DNA of 64,000 nt from Macrostomum hystrix (Eukaryota > Animalia > Platyhelminthes), in the NCBI GenBank assembly GCA_950097015.1, contig CATNEN010000011.1, positions 6,575,088 to 6,639,087 on the forward strand, read 5' to 3'. The notes under the pieces are model-generated. The model was not told the DNA's origin, searched no databases, and saw nothing but the letters and a program-made list of their open reading frames with translations. Made by a program: the position numbers and the translations under genes. Positions 37,501 through 48,803 of this stretch are shown here, piece by piece (positions within the stretch are counted from its first letter, which is position 1; the number at the start of each line of letters is the position of its first letter).

Positions 37501-38348
37501 GGATAGAATGGTTATAAATGAGAGGTTAGTCAAAGGAGCAAATGATTATGCCGGTGGAAATTTTGCCTTGCCGGAAGCAAGACCCAGTAACAGTAGAGCT
37601 TGTTGCTCTGTTCCAAAGAAGATTATAGGCTTAGTAGGCCTGGCAATATCGAAACAAAAAAATCAACGGCAATTTTTCGCCCGAATTTCATTCTGAATCA
37701 AGATTAAAACATAAAGGAGAGACACAAACATTGTTCATTAAATAATTTTATTCTATAGTTTCGTGTCCTCCATTTTGGGTCAACAGCCTTCTGTGTGCCT
37801 GTTCTATGTGCCTGTATGCCTGTCTGTCTGTTCTAATCATTAAATAATTATTACGAACTAAGAACCGAAAATACGGATAGAATTATATTTTAATGCAATC
37901 TAAAATAGGAACAGCAATGTAATATTAGCTCCGCTATTTCTTAATATTTAATGCCAGAATTATTCGTATTTCTTAGAAACATCATTCATGATCGGTCAGA
38001 TTCGATCAGTTCAATACTGCGTCCGCAATTTTCTCACGCAGTAAATTTGTATCTACCTAATTTAGTAACTATCAGGCCGTGTCTCACTCCCGACTCCGGT
38101 GAATCAAATGTTCTCTCACGATACGTGCTCACGATCCGATAAAGATAACAAAATAGAAACAAAAGTATACATATCAACTGAGCAGGAATTTGTTAGAAAG
38201 AAAGCCAAATTTTTGCCAGCAAAGTTTACTGCCGATTCGATCGTATTTTCCAAGCGAAAAAAGAAAATAGGACAACAGATATGGAGAGGGGACAGGAGAT
38301 AGGTAGGTAGGTAGGTAGGTAGGTAGGTAGGGGGTTAGTCAGGTGGGT

Positions 38349-38425
38349 GGTGAATGGCAGAGAACGGTCTAACTCGTTTGCCCCTCGCAGCAAGGTCCCT
38401 GAGCTCGATTCCGCGGCGAGGCCAC
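38349..38425 (+). mobile_element. tRNA-derived SINE-like head related to 36503-36574
   Basis: TGGCAGAGAACGGTCTAAC...GGTCCCTGAGCTCGATTCC; duplicate at 61582-61658. Confidence 0.55.
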
Positions 38426-38728
38426 ATTTTATTTGTGGTGCAGCCGGCGGAGAGAAGGCTTGGGGGCTTGTCATGCAGCTACGCCCTTGAGTGCCAACCA
38501 CCAAGTGACCTGTTTCAGCGAGTGCCTGCGTACAGTCTCCAAGTTCGTGTGTGCTCAGGAGTCAGCGAACTGGGGCAGAATGCATAGTGTAACCAAATTA
38601 TGTGCCAGCAGCCCTCTTACAGTTATTATTATCATTATTTTATTATTATTATTATGGTTCAGGCGTACAATTCTATCTATCTAGCTGTTACCGCTACCAT
38701 TACTGCTCTCTTGCAGACCATAGAGTCA

Positions 38729-40387
38729 ATGGACACGCCGCGATTCAAGGATCTCTCCGATGTGCTGCAGCTGCGCAAGCAGGGCCAGAGCATGTCCACC
38801 TCCGTACAGGCCACAACCACCCTGTGGCTGACTACAGTCTCCGTGTTGGGCATCGTTGGCAACGCCCTGGTGATCATGTTCTTCTCCAGAAGCCTGAAAG
38901 ACCTGCCCCAGAATGTCTACGTGATCGCTCTGGCAGCCCTGGACTTGGTCGTCTGCGCGGTGGTTATTCCGTCGACAATCTATCAGGACGTCTGGCTGGC
39001 TTCTAGCAGCGACCTGGGCTGCAAGCTGTTCAACATTCTCCGCTACTCTCTGGTTCCATCGTCTGCATTTTTGCTGTGCCTCATCGCCGTTGATCGCTTC
39101 GTCATCATCTGCTTCGTGCCGGGCATCCAGTCGACAAGGAAGAACTCGCTGCTGTACATCGGCCTGGTTCTGGTGCTGGGCTTCGCTCTCGGTGTTCCTG
39201 GCGGACTGACAACCGGAGCCAGCGTGCGCATCACCGTGGATGCCGCAGTCAGCAAGTTCAATGGCGACTTCAGCGTCTCTCACTGTACCTCGGATTTCAG
39301 CATAATCTCAGAGTCGGTCTACAAGGTCTATCGCACAATGCTCACCGCAATTTTCTCCGTCATGCTGCTCCTCCTGGTGTTTTTCTACGTCAACATTTTC
39401 TGCTTTGTCCGCAAGCGCCAGCAACGCTGGGCAAAGTCGCGCAGCTACTTGGCCTCCAAGATGGAGCGAAGCGGCGGCAACACTGCCGAGCTCGGCGGCA
39501 CCAAGGGTCGACGGTGGCTGCTGAACCGCCGCTGGAGCGCAGGCTATGGCGTCGGCGGCGTCGGCGGGCGCAACACGCGGCGTCTCCTGTCTGTGGGCCG
39601 TCTGGACGAGGTGACGGAAGTGACGAGCTGCACTGAGGCCAGGCGAGCGTCAGTGAACTTGCCACGCTTCGACCAGCCTGGCCAGTCATCATCCGAATGC
39701 CTTGAGACCGACATAGACGAAGCCCTGGCCGCCTCTTCACCGGTGAAAAATGCTTTGCAGAAGCGAATTTCGGAGGTTTCAGAACAGACCAGCTCAGCTG
39801 GCCAGGCTGCTGAGATCGAGGGTGCTGACGCCATCGAGCTCAGCGTGATGTTCAGTCCCAGCATGACGGACTGCGATTCGCAGTCGCGTCCCAACCGCAT
39901 CAACTCGCTGGCCAGTGAGCACCTGACTCAGGCCCGACAGGACTTGGCCGAGCGCACGCGGAAGCGGCCCCACATCAAGACCGCCAAGGTGCTCGGCGTC
40001 ATCACCTTCTTCTACGTGTTGTCCTACCTGCCATTCTTTCTAGTTTACAACTTTAACAAATCGGTGAGCGAAGGCGTCACGGGCCGTTGGATGGTAGAGA
40101 CGGGCAACTTCTCGGCAGGCAAGTCCATCGACGCCTGGCCAGAGAGGCACAACAGCAGCGCGTGGGCATTCAGCTTCGACTCAGCTGTCGCCGGCGATGA
40201 TGTGAGCGGTGGCGTCGGTGGCGGCAGTGACAGTGAAGCGTCGGTCTATCACCAGGCGGTGAAGGTGATGTTCTATTTTTACTTCATCAATCATGGAGCC
40301 AATCCGCTGATCTATGGCTGCATGAACACCTATTTCAAGCAGCAGGTGCGCGCCCTCATTGGCTCGCTGAGGTATCGAAGGAGGTGA
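38729..40387 (+). CDS. Class A (rhodopsin-like) GPCR, probably an orphan peptide receptor, 552 aa, single coding exon, copy 1
   Basis: Seven hydrophobic segments with GIVGNALV (TM1), LAALDL (TM2), Cys 3.25, IAVDRF (TM3), FFY (TM5), SYLP (TM6), NPLIY (TM7). The acceptor TCTTGCAG at 38716 precedes ATG 38729; a candidate upstream donor CAG|GTAAGG is at 36870/36871. Confidence 0.93.
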   Translation: MDTPRFKDLSDVLQLRKQGQSMSTSVQATTTLWLTTVSVLGIVGNALVIMFFSRSLKDLPQNVYVIALAALDLVVCAVVIPSTIYQDVWLASSSDLGCKLFNILRYSLVPSSAFLLCLIAVDRFVIICFVPGIQSTRKNSLLYIGLVLVLGFALGVPGGLTTGASVRITVDAAVSKFNGDFSVSHCTSDFSIISESVYKVYRTMLTAIFSVMLLLLVFFYVNIFCFVRKRQQRWAKSRSYLASKMERSGGNTAELGGTKGRRWLLNRRWSAGYGVGGVGGRNTRRLLSVGRLDEVTEVTSCTEARRASVNLPRFDQPGQSSSECLETDIDEALAASSPVKNALQKRISEVSEQTSSAGQAAEIEGADAIELSVMFSPSMTDCDSQSRPNRINSLASEHLTQARQDLAERTRKRPHIKTAKVLGVITFFYVLSYLPFFLVYNFNKSVSEGVTGRWMVETGNFSAGKSIDAWPERHNSSAWAFSFDSAVAGDDVSGGVGGGSDSEASVYHQAVKVMFYFYFINHGANPLIYGCMNTYFKQQVRALIGSLRYRRR

Positions 40388-40684
40388 AAAATAAGGAACT
40401 CGGAATTAGCTTTCATTCCTGTGAATCTTTGCTTGAAACACTTTTCTTTTTTCCAACTCTAGTTGAATATTTTATAAGTCTTGCTTCATGCTAAAATCGT
40501 CTTTTTGTCGAGCTGAAGCGAAATACGAGTAAATACGAGTAAATACGAGTTTGAAAAAAATAATCTTCATAAAGTTATTCGTATTTTGAGACTAGGGGTC
40601 AAGAGATTTCTGTGAATATTTATTTTTTCATTTAAACAAAGCCATTTTTGTAGTGTACAAGCGCTATTGTCTAGGCCATGGAGG

Positions 40685-43600
40685 TAGCAAACTATCCTTC
40701 CTATCCTATCCTATCCTTCCTTCCTCCTTCCTCCGTCTTCCTTCCTTCTCCTCACTCCTTCCTCCTTCTCCTTCCTCCTTCCTCCTCCTTCCTCCTTGCT
40801 TCCTTATCCTTCCTCCTCTTTCCTACTCCTTCCTCCTTCTTCCTTCCTTCCTCTTTCCTACTTCCTTCCTCCTTCCTCCTTCCTTTCTCCTTCCCCCTTC
40901 CTCCTTCCTTCTCCTTCCTCCTCCTTCCTCCTTCCTTTCTCCTTCCCCCTTCCTCCTTCCTTCTCCTTCCTCCTCCTTCCTCCTTCCTTTCTCCTTCCCC
41001 TATCCTCCTTCCTCCCTCCTCCTCCTTCCTCCTTCCTTTCCTCCTTCCTCCTCCTTCGTCCTTCCCCTTCCTCCTCCTTCCTTCCTCCTTCCTTCCTCCT
41101 TCCTCCTCCTTCGTCCTTCCCCTTTCCTCCTCCTTCCTCCTTCCTTCCTCCTTCCTCCTTCTTTCCTTCTCCTTCCTCCTTCCTCCTCCCTCTCTCCTTC
41201 CTTCCTCCTTCCTCCCTCCTCCTTCCTCCTTCCTCCTTCCTCCTTCCTCCCTCCTTCTTTCTCCTTCCTCCTCCTTCCTCCTTCCTCCTTCCTCCTTCCT
41301 CCTCCCTCCTTCTTCCTTCCTTTCTCCTTCCTCCTTCCTTCCTCCTCCTTCCTCCTCCTTTCTCCTTCCTCCTTCCTCCTTCCTCCTTCCTTCCTTCTCC
41401 TTCCTCCTCCTTCCTCCTTCCTCCCTCCTTCCTCCTTCCTTCCTCCTTCCTCCTCCTTCGTCCTTCCCCTTTCCTCCTCCTTCCTCCTTGCTTCCTCTTT
41501 CCTCCCTCCTCCTCCTTCTCCTTCCTCCTTCCTCCTTCTTCTTTCCTCCCTTCTCCTCCTTCTCCTTCCTCCTTCCTACTTCCTCCTTCCTCCTTCCTTC
41601 CTTCTCCTTCCTCCTCCTTTCTCCTTCCTCCTTCCTTCCTCCTTCCTCCATCCTCCTTCCTCCTTCCTCCTCCTTCCTCTTTCCTCCTTCCTTCCTCCTT
41701 CCTCCTTCCTTTCTCCTTCCCCCTTCCTCCTTCCTTCTCCTTCCTCCTCTTCCTCCTTCCTTTCTCCTTCCCCTTCCTCCTTCCTCCCTCCTCCTCCATC
41801 CTCCCTCCTCCTTCCTCCTTCGACCTTCCTCCTCCTTCCTTCCTTCTCCTCCCTCCTTCCTCCTTCTCCTTCCCCCTTCCTCCATCCTCCCTCCTACTTC
41901 CTCCTCCTTCTCCTTCCTCCTTCCTTCCTCATTCCTTCCTCCTCCTTCCTACTTCTCCCTTCCTTCCTTCTCCTCCCTCCTTCCTCCTTCCTCCTTCGAC
42001 CTTCCTCCTCCTTCCTTCCGTCTCCTCCCTCCTTCCTCCTTCTCCTTCCCCCTTCCTCCATCCTCCCTCCTACTTCCTCCTCCTTCTCCTTCCTCCTTCC
42101 TTCCTCATTCCTTCCTCCTCCTTCCTCCTTCTCCCTTCCTTCCTTCTCCTCCCTCCTTCCTCCTTCTCCTTCCTCCTTCCTCCTTCCTCCTCCTTTTTCC
42201 TTGCTTCCTTCTCCTTCCTCCTCTTTCCTACTCCTTCCTCCTTCCTCCTCCTTCCTTCCTTACTTCCCCCTTCCTCCTCCTTCCTCCTTCCTCCTCCTTC
42301 CTCCCTCCTTCCTCCTTCCTTTCTCCTTCCCCCTTCCACCTTCCTTCCTCCTTCCTCCTTCCTTCCTCCTTCCTCCTTCCTCCTTCCTTCCTCCTTCCTC
42401 CTTCCTCCTTCCTTCTCCTTCCTCCCTCCTCCTTCCACCTTCCTTCCTCCTTCCTCCTTCCTTCCTCCTTCCTCCTTCCTCCTTCCTTCCTCCTTCCTCC
42501 TTCCTCCTTCCTTCTCCTTCCTCCCTCCTCCTTCCTCCTTCCTCCTCCCTCCTTTCTCCTTCTCCTTCCTCCTTCCACCTTCCTTCCTCTTTCCTTCCTC
42601 CTTCCTCCTTCCTCCTTCCTCCTTCCTCCATCTTCTTTCCTCCCTCCTCCTCCTTCTCCTCCCTCCTTCCTTCCTTCTCCCACCTTCTTCCCTCCTCCTT
42701 CCTCCTTCCTCCTCCATCCTTCCTCCTTCTCCTTCCTCCTTGCTTCCTCTTTCCTCCCTCCTCCTTCTTCTCCTTCCTCCTTCCTTCCTCCTCCTTCCTC
42801 CTCCTTCCTCCTTCCTCCTTCCTCCTTCCTTCCTCCTCCTTCCACCTCCTTCCTCCTTTCTCCTTTCTCCTTCCTCCTTCCTCCTTCCTTCCTGCTCCTT
42901 CCTCCTCCTTCCTCCTTCCTCCTTCCTCCTTCCTCCTTCCTTCATTCTCCTTCCTCCTCCTTCCTCCTTCCTCCTTTCTCCTTCCTCCTCCTTCCTCCTC
43001 CTTCCTCCTTCCTCCTTCCTCCTTTCTCCTTCCTTCCTCCTCCTTTCTCTTCCTTCCTCCTTCCTTCTTCCTCCTTCCTCCTCCTTCCTCCTTCTTCCGC
43101 CTTCCTCCTTCCTCCTTCCTTCTCCTTCCTCCTTCCTCCTTCCTCCTTCTTCCGCCTTCCTCCTTCCCCCTTCCTCCTTCCTCCCTCCTCCTCCTTCCTT
43201 CCTCCTTCCTTCCTCCTTCCTCCTCCTTCGTCCTTCCCCTTTCCTCCTCCTTCCTCCTTCCTTCCTCCTTCCTCCTTCTTTCCTTCTCCTTCCTCCTTCC
43301 TCCTCCCTCTCTCCTTCCTTCCTCCTTCCTCCCTCCTCCTTCCTCCTTCCTCCTTCCTCCTTCCTCCCTCCTTCTTTCTCCTTCCTCCTCCTTCCTCCTT
43401 CCTCCTTCCTCCTTCCTCCTCCCTCCTTCTTCCTTCCTTTCTCCTTCCTCCTTCCTTCCTCCTCCTTCCTCCTCCTTTCTCCTTCCTCCTTCCTCCTTCC
43501 TCCTTCCTTCCTTCTCCTTCATCCTCCTTCCTCCTTCCTCCCTCCTTCCTCCTTCCTTCCTCCTTCCTCCTCCTTCGTCCTTCCCCTTTCCTCCTCCTTT

Positions 43601-46600
43601 CTCCTTCCTCCTTCCTCCTTCCTCCTTCCTTCCTTCTCCTTCATCCTCCTTCCTCCTTCCTCCCTCCTTCCTCCTTCCTTCCTCCTTCCTCCTCCTTCGT
43701 CCTTCCCCTTTCCTCCTCCTTCCTCCTTTCTTCCTCTTTCCTCCCTCCTCCTCCTTCTCCTTCCTCCTTCCTCCTTCTTCTTTCCTCCCTTCTCCTCCTT
43801 CTCCTTCCTCCTTCCTACTTCCTCCTTCCTCCTTCCTTCCTTCTCCTTCCTCCTCCTTTCTCCTTCCTCCTTCCTTCCTCCTTCCTCCTTCCTCCTTCCT
43901 CCTCCTTCCTCCTTCCTCCTTCCTCCTCCTTCCTCCTTCCTCCTTCCTCCTTCCTCATTCCTTCCTCCTCCTTCCTCCTTCCTCCTTCCTCCTCCTTCCT
44001 CCTTCCTCCTTCCTCCTTCCTCCTTGCTTCCTCCTCCTTCCTCCTCCTTCCTCCTTCCTCCTTCCTCCTTCCTCCTTCCTTCCTTCTCCTTCCTCCTCCT
44101 TCCTCCTTCCTCCTTCCTTCCTCCTTCCTTCCTCCTTCCTCCTCCTTCGTCCTTCCCCTTTCCTCCTCCTTCCTCCTTCCTTCCTCCTTCCTCCTTCTTT
44201 CCTTCTCCTTCCTCCTTCCTCCTTCCTCCTCCCTCCCTCCTTCCTCCCTCCTTCTTCCTCCTTCCTTCCTCCTTCCCCCTTCCGCCTCCTTCCTCCTTCC
44301 TCCTCCTTCCTCCTTCCTTCCTCCTTCCTCCTTACTTCCTCCTTCCCCCTTCCACCTACCTTCCTCATTCCTCCTTCCTCCCTCCTCCCTCCTTTCTCCT
44401 TCCTCCTTCCTCCTCCTTCCTTCCTTCTCCTCCCTCCTTCCTCCTTCTCCTTCCTTCTTCCTTCCTCTTTCCTCCTTCCTTCCTCCTTCCTCCTTCCTTT
44501 CTCCTTCCCCCTTCCTCCTTCCTTCTCCTTCCTCCTCTTCCTCCTTCCTTTCTCCTTCCCCTTCCTCCTTCCTCCCTCCTCCTCCATCCTCCCTCCTCCT
44601 TCCTCCTTCGACCTTCCTCCTCCTTCCTTCCTTCTCCTCCCTCCTTCCTCCTTCTCCTTCCCCCTTCCTCCATCCTCCCTCCTACTTCCTCCTCCTTCTC
44701 CTTCCTCCTTCCTTCCTCATTCCTTCCTCCTCCTTCCTACCTTCTCCTTCCTTCCTTCTCCTCCCTCCTTCCTCCTTCCTCCTTCGACCTTCCTCCTCCT
44801 TCCTTCCGTCTCCTCCTCCTTCCTCCTTCTCCTTCCCCTTCCTCCATCCTCCCTCCTACTTCCTCCTCCTTCTCCTTCCTCCTTCCTTCCTCATTCCTTC
44901 CTCCTCCTTCCTCCTTCTCCCTTCCTTCCTTCTCCTCCCTCCTTCCTCCTTCTCCTTCCTCCTTCCTCCTTCCTCCTCCTTTTTCCTTGCTTCCTTCTCC
45001 TTCCTCCTTCCTTCCTCCTTCCTTCCTCCTTCCTCCTCCTTCGTCCTTCCCCTTTCCTCCTCCTTCCTCCTTCCTTCCTCCTTCCTCCTTCTTTCCTTCT
45101 CCTTCCTCCTTCCTCCTTCCTCCTCCCTCCCTCCTTCCTCCCTCCTTCTTCCTCCTTCCTTCCTCCTTCCCCCTTCCGCCTCCTTCCTCCTTCCTCCTCC
45201 TTCCTCCTTCCTTCCTCCTTCCTCCTTACTTCCTCCTTCCCCCTTCCACCTACCTTCCTCATTCCTCCTTCCTCCCTCCTCCCTCCTTTCTCCTTCCTCC
45301 TTCCTCCTCCTTCCTTCCTTCTCCTCCCTCCTTCCTCCTTCTCCTTCCTTCTTCCTTCCTCTTTCCTCCTTCCTTCCTCCTTCCTCCTTCCTTTCTCCTT
45401 CCCCCTTCCTCCTTCCTTCTCCTTCCTCCTCTTCCTCCTTCCTTTCTCCTTCCCCTTCCTCCTTCCTCCCTCCTCCTCCATCCTCCCTCCTCCTTCCTCC
45501 TTCGACCTTCCTCCTCCTTCCTTCCTTCTCCTCCCTCCTTCCTCCTTCTCCTTCCCCCTTCCTCCATCCTCCCTCCTACTTCCTCCTCCTTCTCCTTCCT
45601 CCTTCCTTCCTCATTCCTTCCTCCTCCTTCCTACTTCTCCCTTCCTTCCTTCTCCTCCCTCCTTCCTCCTTCCTCCTTCGACCTTCCTCCTCCTTCCTTC
45701 CGTCTCCTCCCTCCTTCCTCCTTCTCCTTCCCCCTTCCTCCATCCTCCCTCCTACTTCCTCCTCCTTCTCCTTCCTCCTTCCTTCCTCATTCCTTCCTCC
45801 TCCTTCCTCCTTCTCCCTTCCTTCCTTCTCCTCCCTCCTTCCTCCTTCTCCTTCCTCCTTCCTCCTTCCTCCTCCTTTTTCCTTGCTTCCTTCTCCTTCC
45901 TCCTCTTTCCTACTCCTTCCTCCTTCCTCCTCCTTCCTTCCTTACTTCCCCCTTCCTCCTCCTTCCTCCTTCCTCCTCCTTCCTCCCTCCTTCCTCCTTC
46001 CTTTCTCCTTCCCCCTTCCACCTTCCTTCCTCCTTCCTCCTTCCTTCCTCCTTCCTCCTTCCTCCTTCCTTCCTCCTTCCTCCTTCCTCCTTCCTTCTCC
46101 TTCCTCCCTCCTCCTTCCTCCTTCCTCCTCCCTCCTTTCTCCTTCTCCTTCCTCCTTCCTCCTTCCTTCCTCTTTCCTTCCTCCTTCCTCCTTCCTCCTT
46201 CCTCCTTCCTCCATCTTCTTTCCTCCCTCCTCCTCCTTCTCCTCCCTCCTTCCTTCCTTCTCCCACCTTCTTCCCTCCTCCTTCCTCCTTCCTCCTCCAT
46301 CCTTCCTCCTTCTCCTTCCTCCTTGCTTCCTCTTTCCTCCCTCCTCCTTCTTCTCCTTCCTCCTTCCTTCCTCCTCCTTCCTCCTCCTTCCTCCTTCCTC
46401 CTTTCTCCTTTCTCCTTCCTCCTTCCTCCTTCCTTCCTGCTCCTTCCTCCTCCTTCCTCCTTCCTCCTTCCTCCTTCCTCCTTCCTTCATTCTCCTTCCT
46501 CCTCCTTCCTCCTTCCTCCTTCCTTCCTCCTTCCTTCCTCCTTCCTCCTCCTTCGTCCTTCCCCTTTTCCTCCTCCTTGCTCCTTCCCTCCTCCTTCCTC

Positions 46601-48570
46601 CTTCTTTCCTTCTCCTTCCTCCTTCCTCCTCCCTCCCTCCTTCCTTCCTCCTTCCTCCGTCCTCCTTCCTCCTTCCTCCTTCCTCCTTCCTCCTTCCTTC
46701 TTTCTCCTTCCTCCTCCTTCCTCCTTCCTCCTTCCTCCTCCCTCCTTCTTCCTTCCTTCCTTCTTCCTCCTTCCTTCCTCCTCCTTCCTCCTCCTTCCTC
46801 CTTCCGCCTTCCTCCTTCCTCCTTCTTTCCTCCTTCCTTCCTCCTTCCCCCTCCTTCGTCCTTCCCCTTTCCTCCTCCTTCCTCCTTGCTTCCTCTTTCC
46901 TCCCTCCTCCTCCTTCTCCTTCCTCCTTCCTCCTTCCTCCTTCCTCCATCCTTCCTTCTCCTTCCTCCTCCTTCCTCCTTCCTCCTTCCTTCCTCCTTCC
47001 TTCCTCCTTCCTCCTCCTTCGTCCTTCCCCTTTCCTCCTCCTTCCTCCTTGCTTCCTCTTTCCTCCCTCCTCCTCCTTCTCCTTCCTCCTTCCTCCTTCT
47101 TCTTTCCTCCCGTCTCCTCCTTCTCCTTCCTCCTTCCTACTTCCTCCTTCCTCCTTCCTTCCTTCCTCCTCCTTCTCCTTCCTCCTTCCTCCTCCTTCCT
47201 TCCTCCTCCTTCCTCCTTCCTCCCTCCTCCCTCCTCCTTCCTCCTTCCTCTTTCCTCCTTTCTCCTTCATCCTTCCTCCTTCTTCCTCCTTTCTCCTTCC
47301 TCCTTCCTCCTCCTTCCTCCTTCCTCCTTCCTCCTTCCTTCCTCCTTCCTCCTTCCTCCTTCCTCCTTCCTCCTCCCTCCTTCTTCCTTCCTTTCTCCTT
47401 CCCCCTTCCTCCTTCCTCCTCCTTCCTCCTTCCTTCCTCTTTCCTCCCTCCTCCTCCTTCTCCTTCCTCCTTCCTCCTTCTTCCTCCTCCTTCCTCCTTC
47501 CTCACTCCTCCTTCCTCCTTCCTTCCTTCCCTTTCCTCCTCCTTTCTCCTTCCTTCCTCCTCCTTTCTCCTCCTTCCTCCTTCCTCCTTCCTCCTTCCTC
47601 CTCCTTCCTCCTTGCTTCCTCTTTCCTCCCTCCTCCTCCTTCTCCTTCCTCCTTCCTCCTTCTTCCTTCCTTTCTCCTTCCCCCTTCCTCCTTCCTCCTC
47701 CTTCCTCCTTCTTCCTCCTTCTTTCTTCCTTCTCCTTCCTTCTCCTTTCCTCCCTCCTCCTTCCTCCTTCCTCCTTCCTCCTTCCTCCTCCTTCCTCCTC
47801 CTTTCTCCTTCCTTTCTCCTTCCCCCTTCCTCCTTCCTCCTACCTCCTTCCTCTTTCCTCCTTCCTTCCTCGTCCTTACTCCTTCCTCCTTCCTTCCTCC
47901 TTCCTCTTTCCTCCCTCCTCTTCCTTCTTCCTTCCTCCTTCCTCCTTCCTCCTTCCTCCTTCCTCCTTCCTCCTCCTTCCTCCTTCCTTCCTCCTTCCTT
48001 CCTCCTTCCTCCTTCCTCCTCCTTCCTCCTTCCTCCTTCGTCCTTCCTCCTTCCTTCCTCCTTCCTCCCTCCTCCTTCCTCCTTCCTCCTTCCTCCCTCC
48101 TCCTTCCTCCTTCCTCCTTCCTCCCTCCTCCTTCCTCCTTTCTCCGCCTTCCTCCTTCCTCCGTCCTCTTCCTCCTTCCTTCCTCCTTCCTTCCTCTTTC
48201 CTCCCTCCTCCTCCTTCTTCTTCCTCCTTCCTCCTTCCTCCATCCTCCTTCCTCCCTCCTCCTTCCTCCTTCTTTTTTCCTCCTTCCTCCTTCCTTCCTT
48301 CCTCCTTCCTCCTTCCTCCTTCCTTCCTCCTTCCTCCCTTCTCCTCCTTCTCCTTTCTCCTTCCTCCTTCCTCCTTCTTCCTTCCTCCTTCCTCCTTCCT
48401 TCCTCCTTCCTCCTTCCACCTCCTTCTCCTTTCTCCTTCCTCCTTCCTCCTTCCTCCTTCCTCCTTCCTCCTTCCTTCCTCCTTCCTCCCTCCTCCTTCC
48501 TCCTTCCTCCTTCCTCCTTCCTCCTTCCTCCTTCCTCCCTCTTCCTCCTTCCTTCCTCCTCCTTCCTCCA
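40685..48570. repeat. ~7.9-kb polypyrimidine/polypurine tract (TCC/TTCC/CTT mosaic) with internal higher-order duplications
   Basis: Plus strand is almost exclusively C/T; identical blocks recur near 41885, 44673 and 45567. Confidence 0.98.
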
Positions 48571-48803
48571 TTCCAAAAAACATTCCAAAAAAGAAATAAC
48601 AAAAACAAATTATAACAATGGCACGCTATATTGTTATATTTTATCATTTACATGCCTCATTATCACATACATTTATTGACATATTCAATCAAATACTACT
48701 AATTGTTCCTCTCCTTAAATCTTCAAACGCATAAACAAAAGACCCTATTCACCGAACCACTCCTGCAAAGTCTCTGCTTCATCTACGCTCACTCACTGAC
48801 GAC

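Larger units (their letters stand above)
32643..40770 (+). repeat. Segmental duplication, copy 1 (portion alignable within the window)
   Basis: Begins GTAATGTTTAAGTGTCTGAAATATATTT as at 55426; unique sequence, repeat arrays, SINE heads, GPCR and the start of the CT tract are all collinear with 55426-64000. Confidence 0.95.

Noticed and set aside
38600-38728. 43-aa N-terminal extension of the GPCR (also 61833-61961)
   Set aside because: It is built partly from a (TAT)n microsatellite and ends at a good splice acceptor (38716), so it is probably intronic
40653-48679. Three ~2600-aa plus-strand ORFs and many E/G/R/K-rich minus-strand ORFs
   Set aside because: A C/T-only strand cannot contain stop codons, so all three frames are open; this is a compositional artefact
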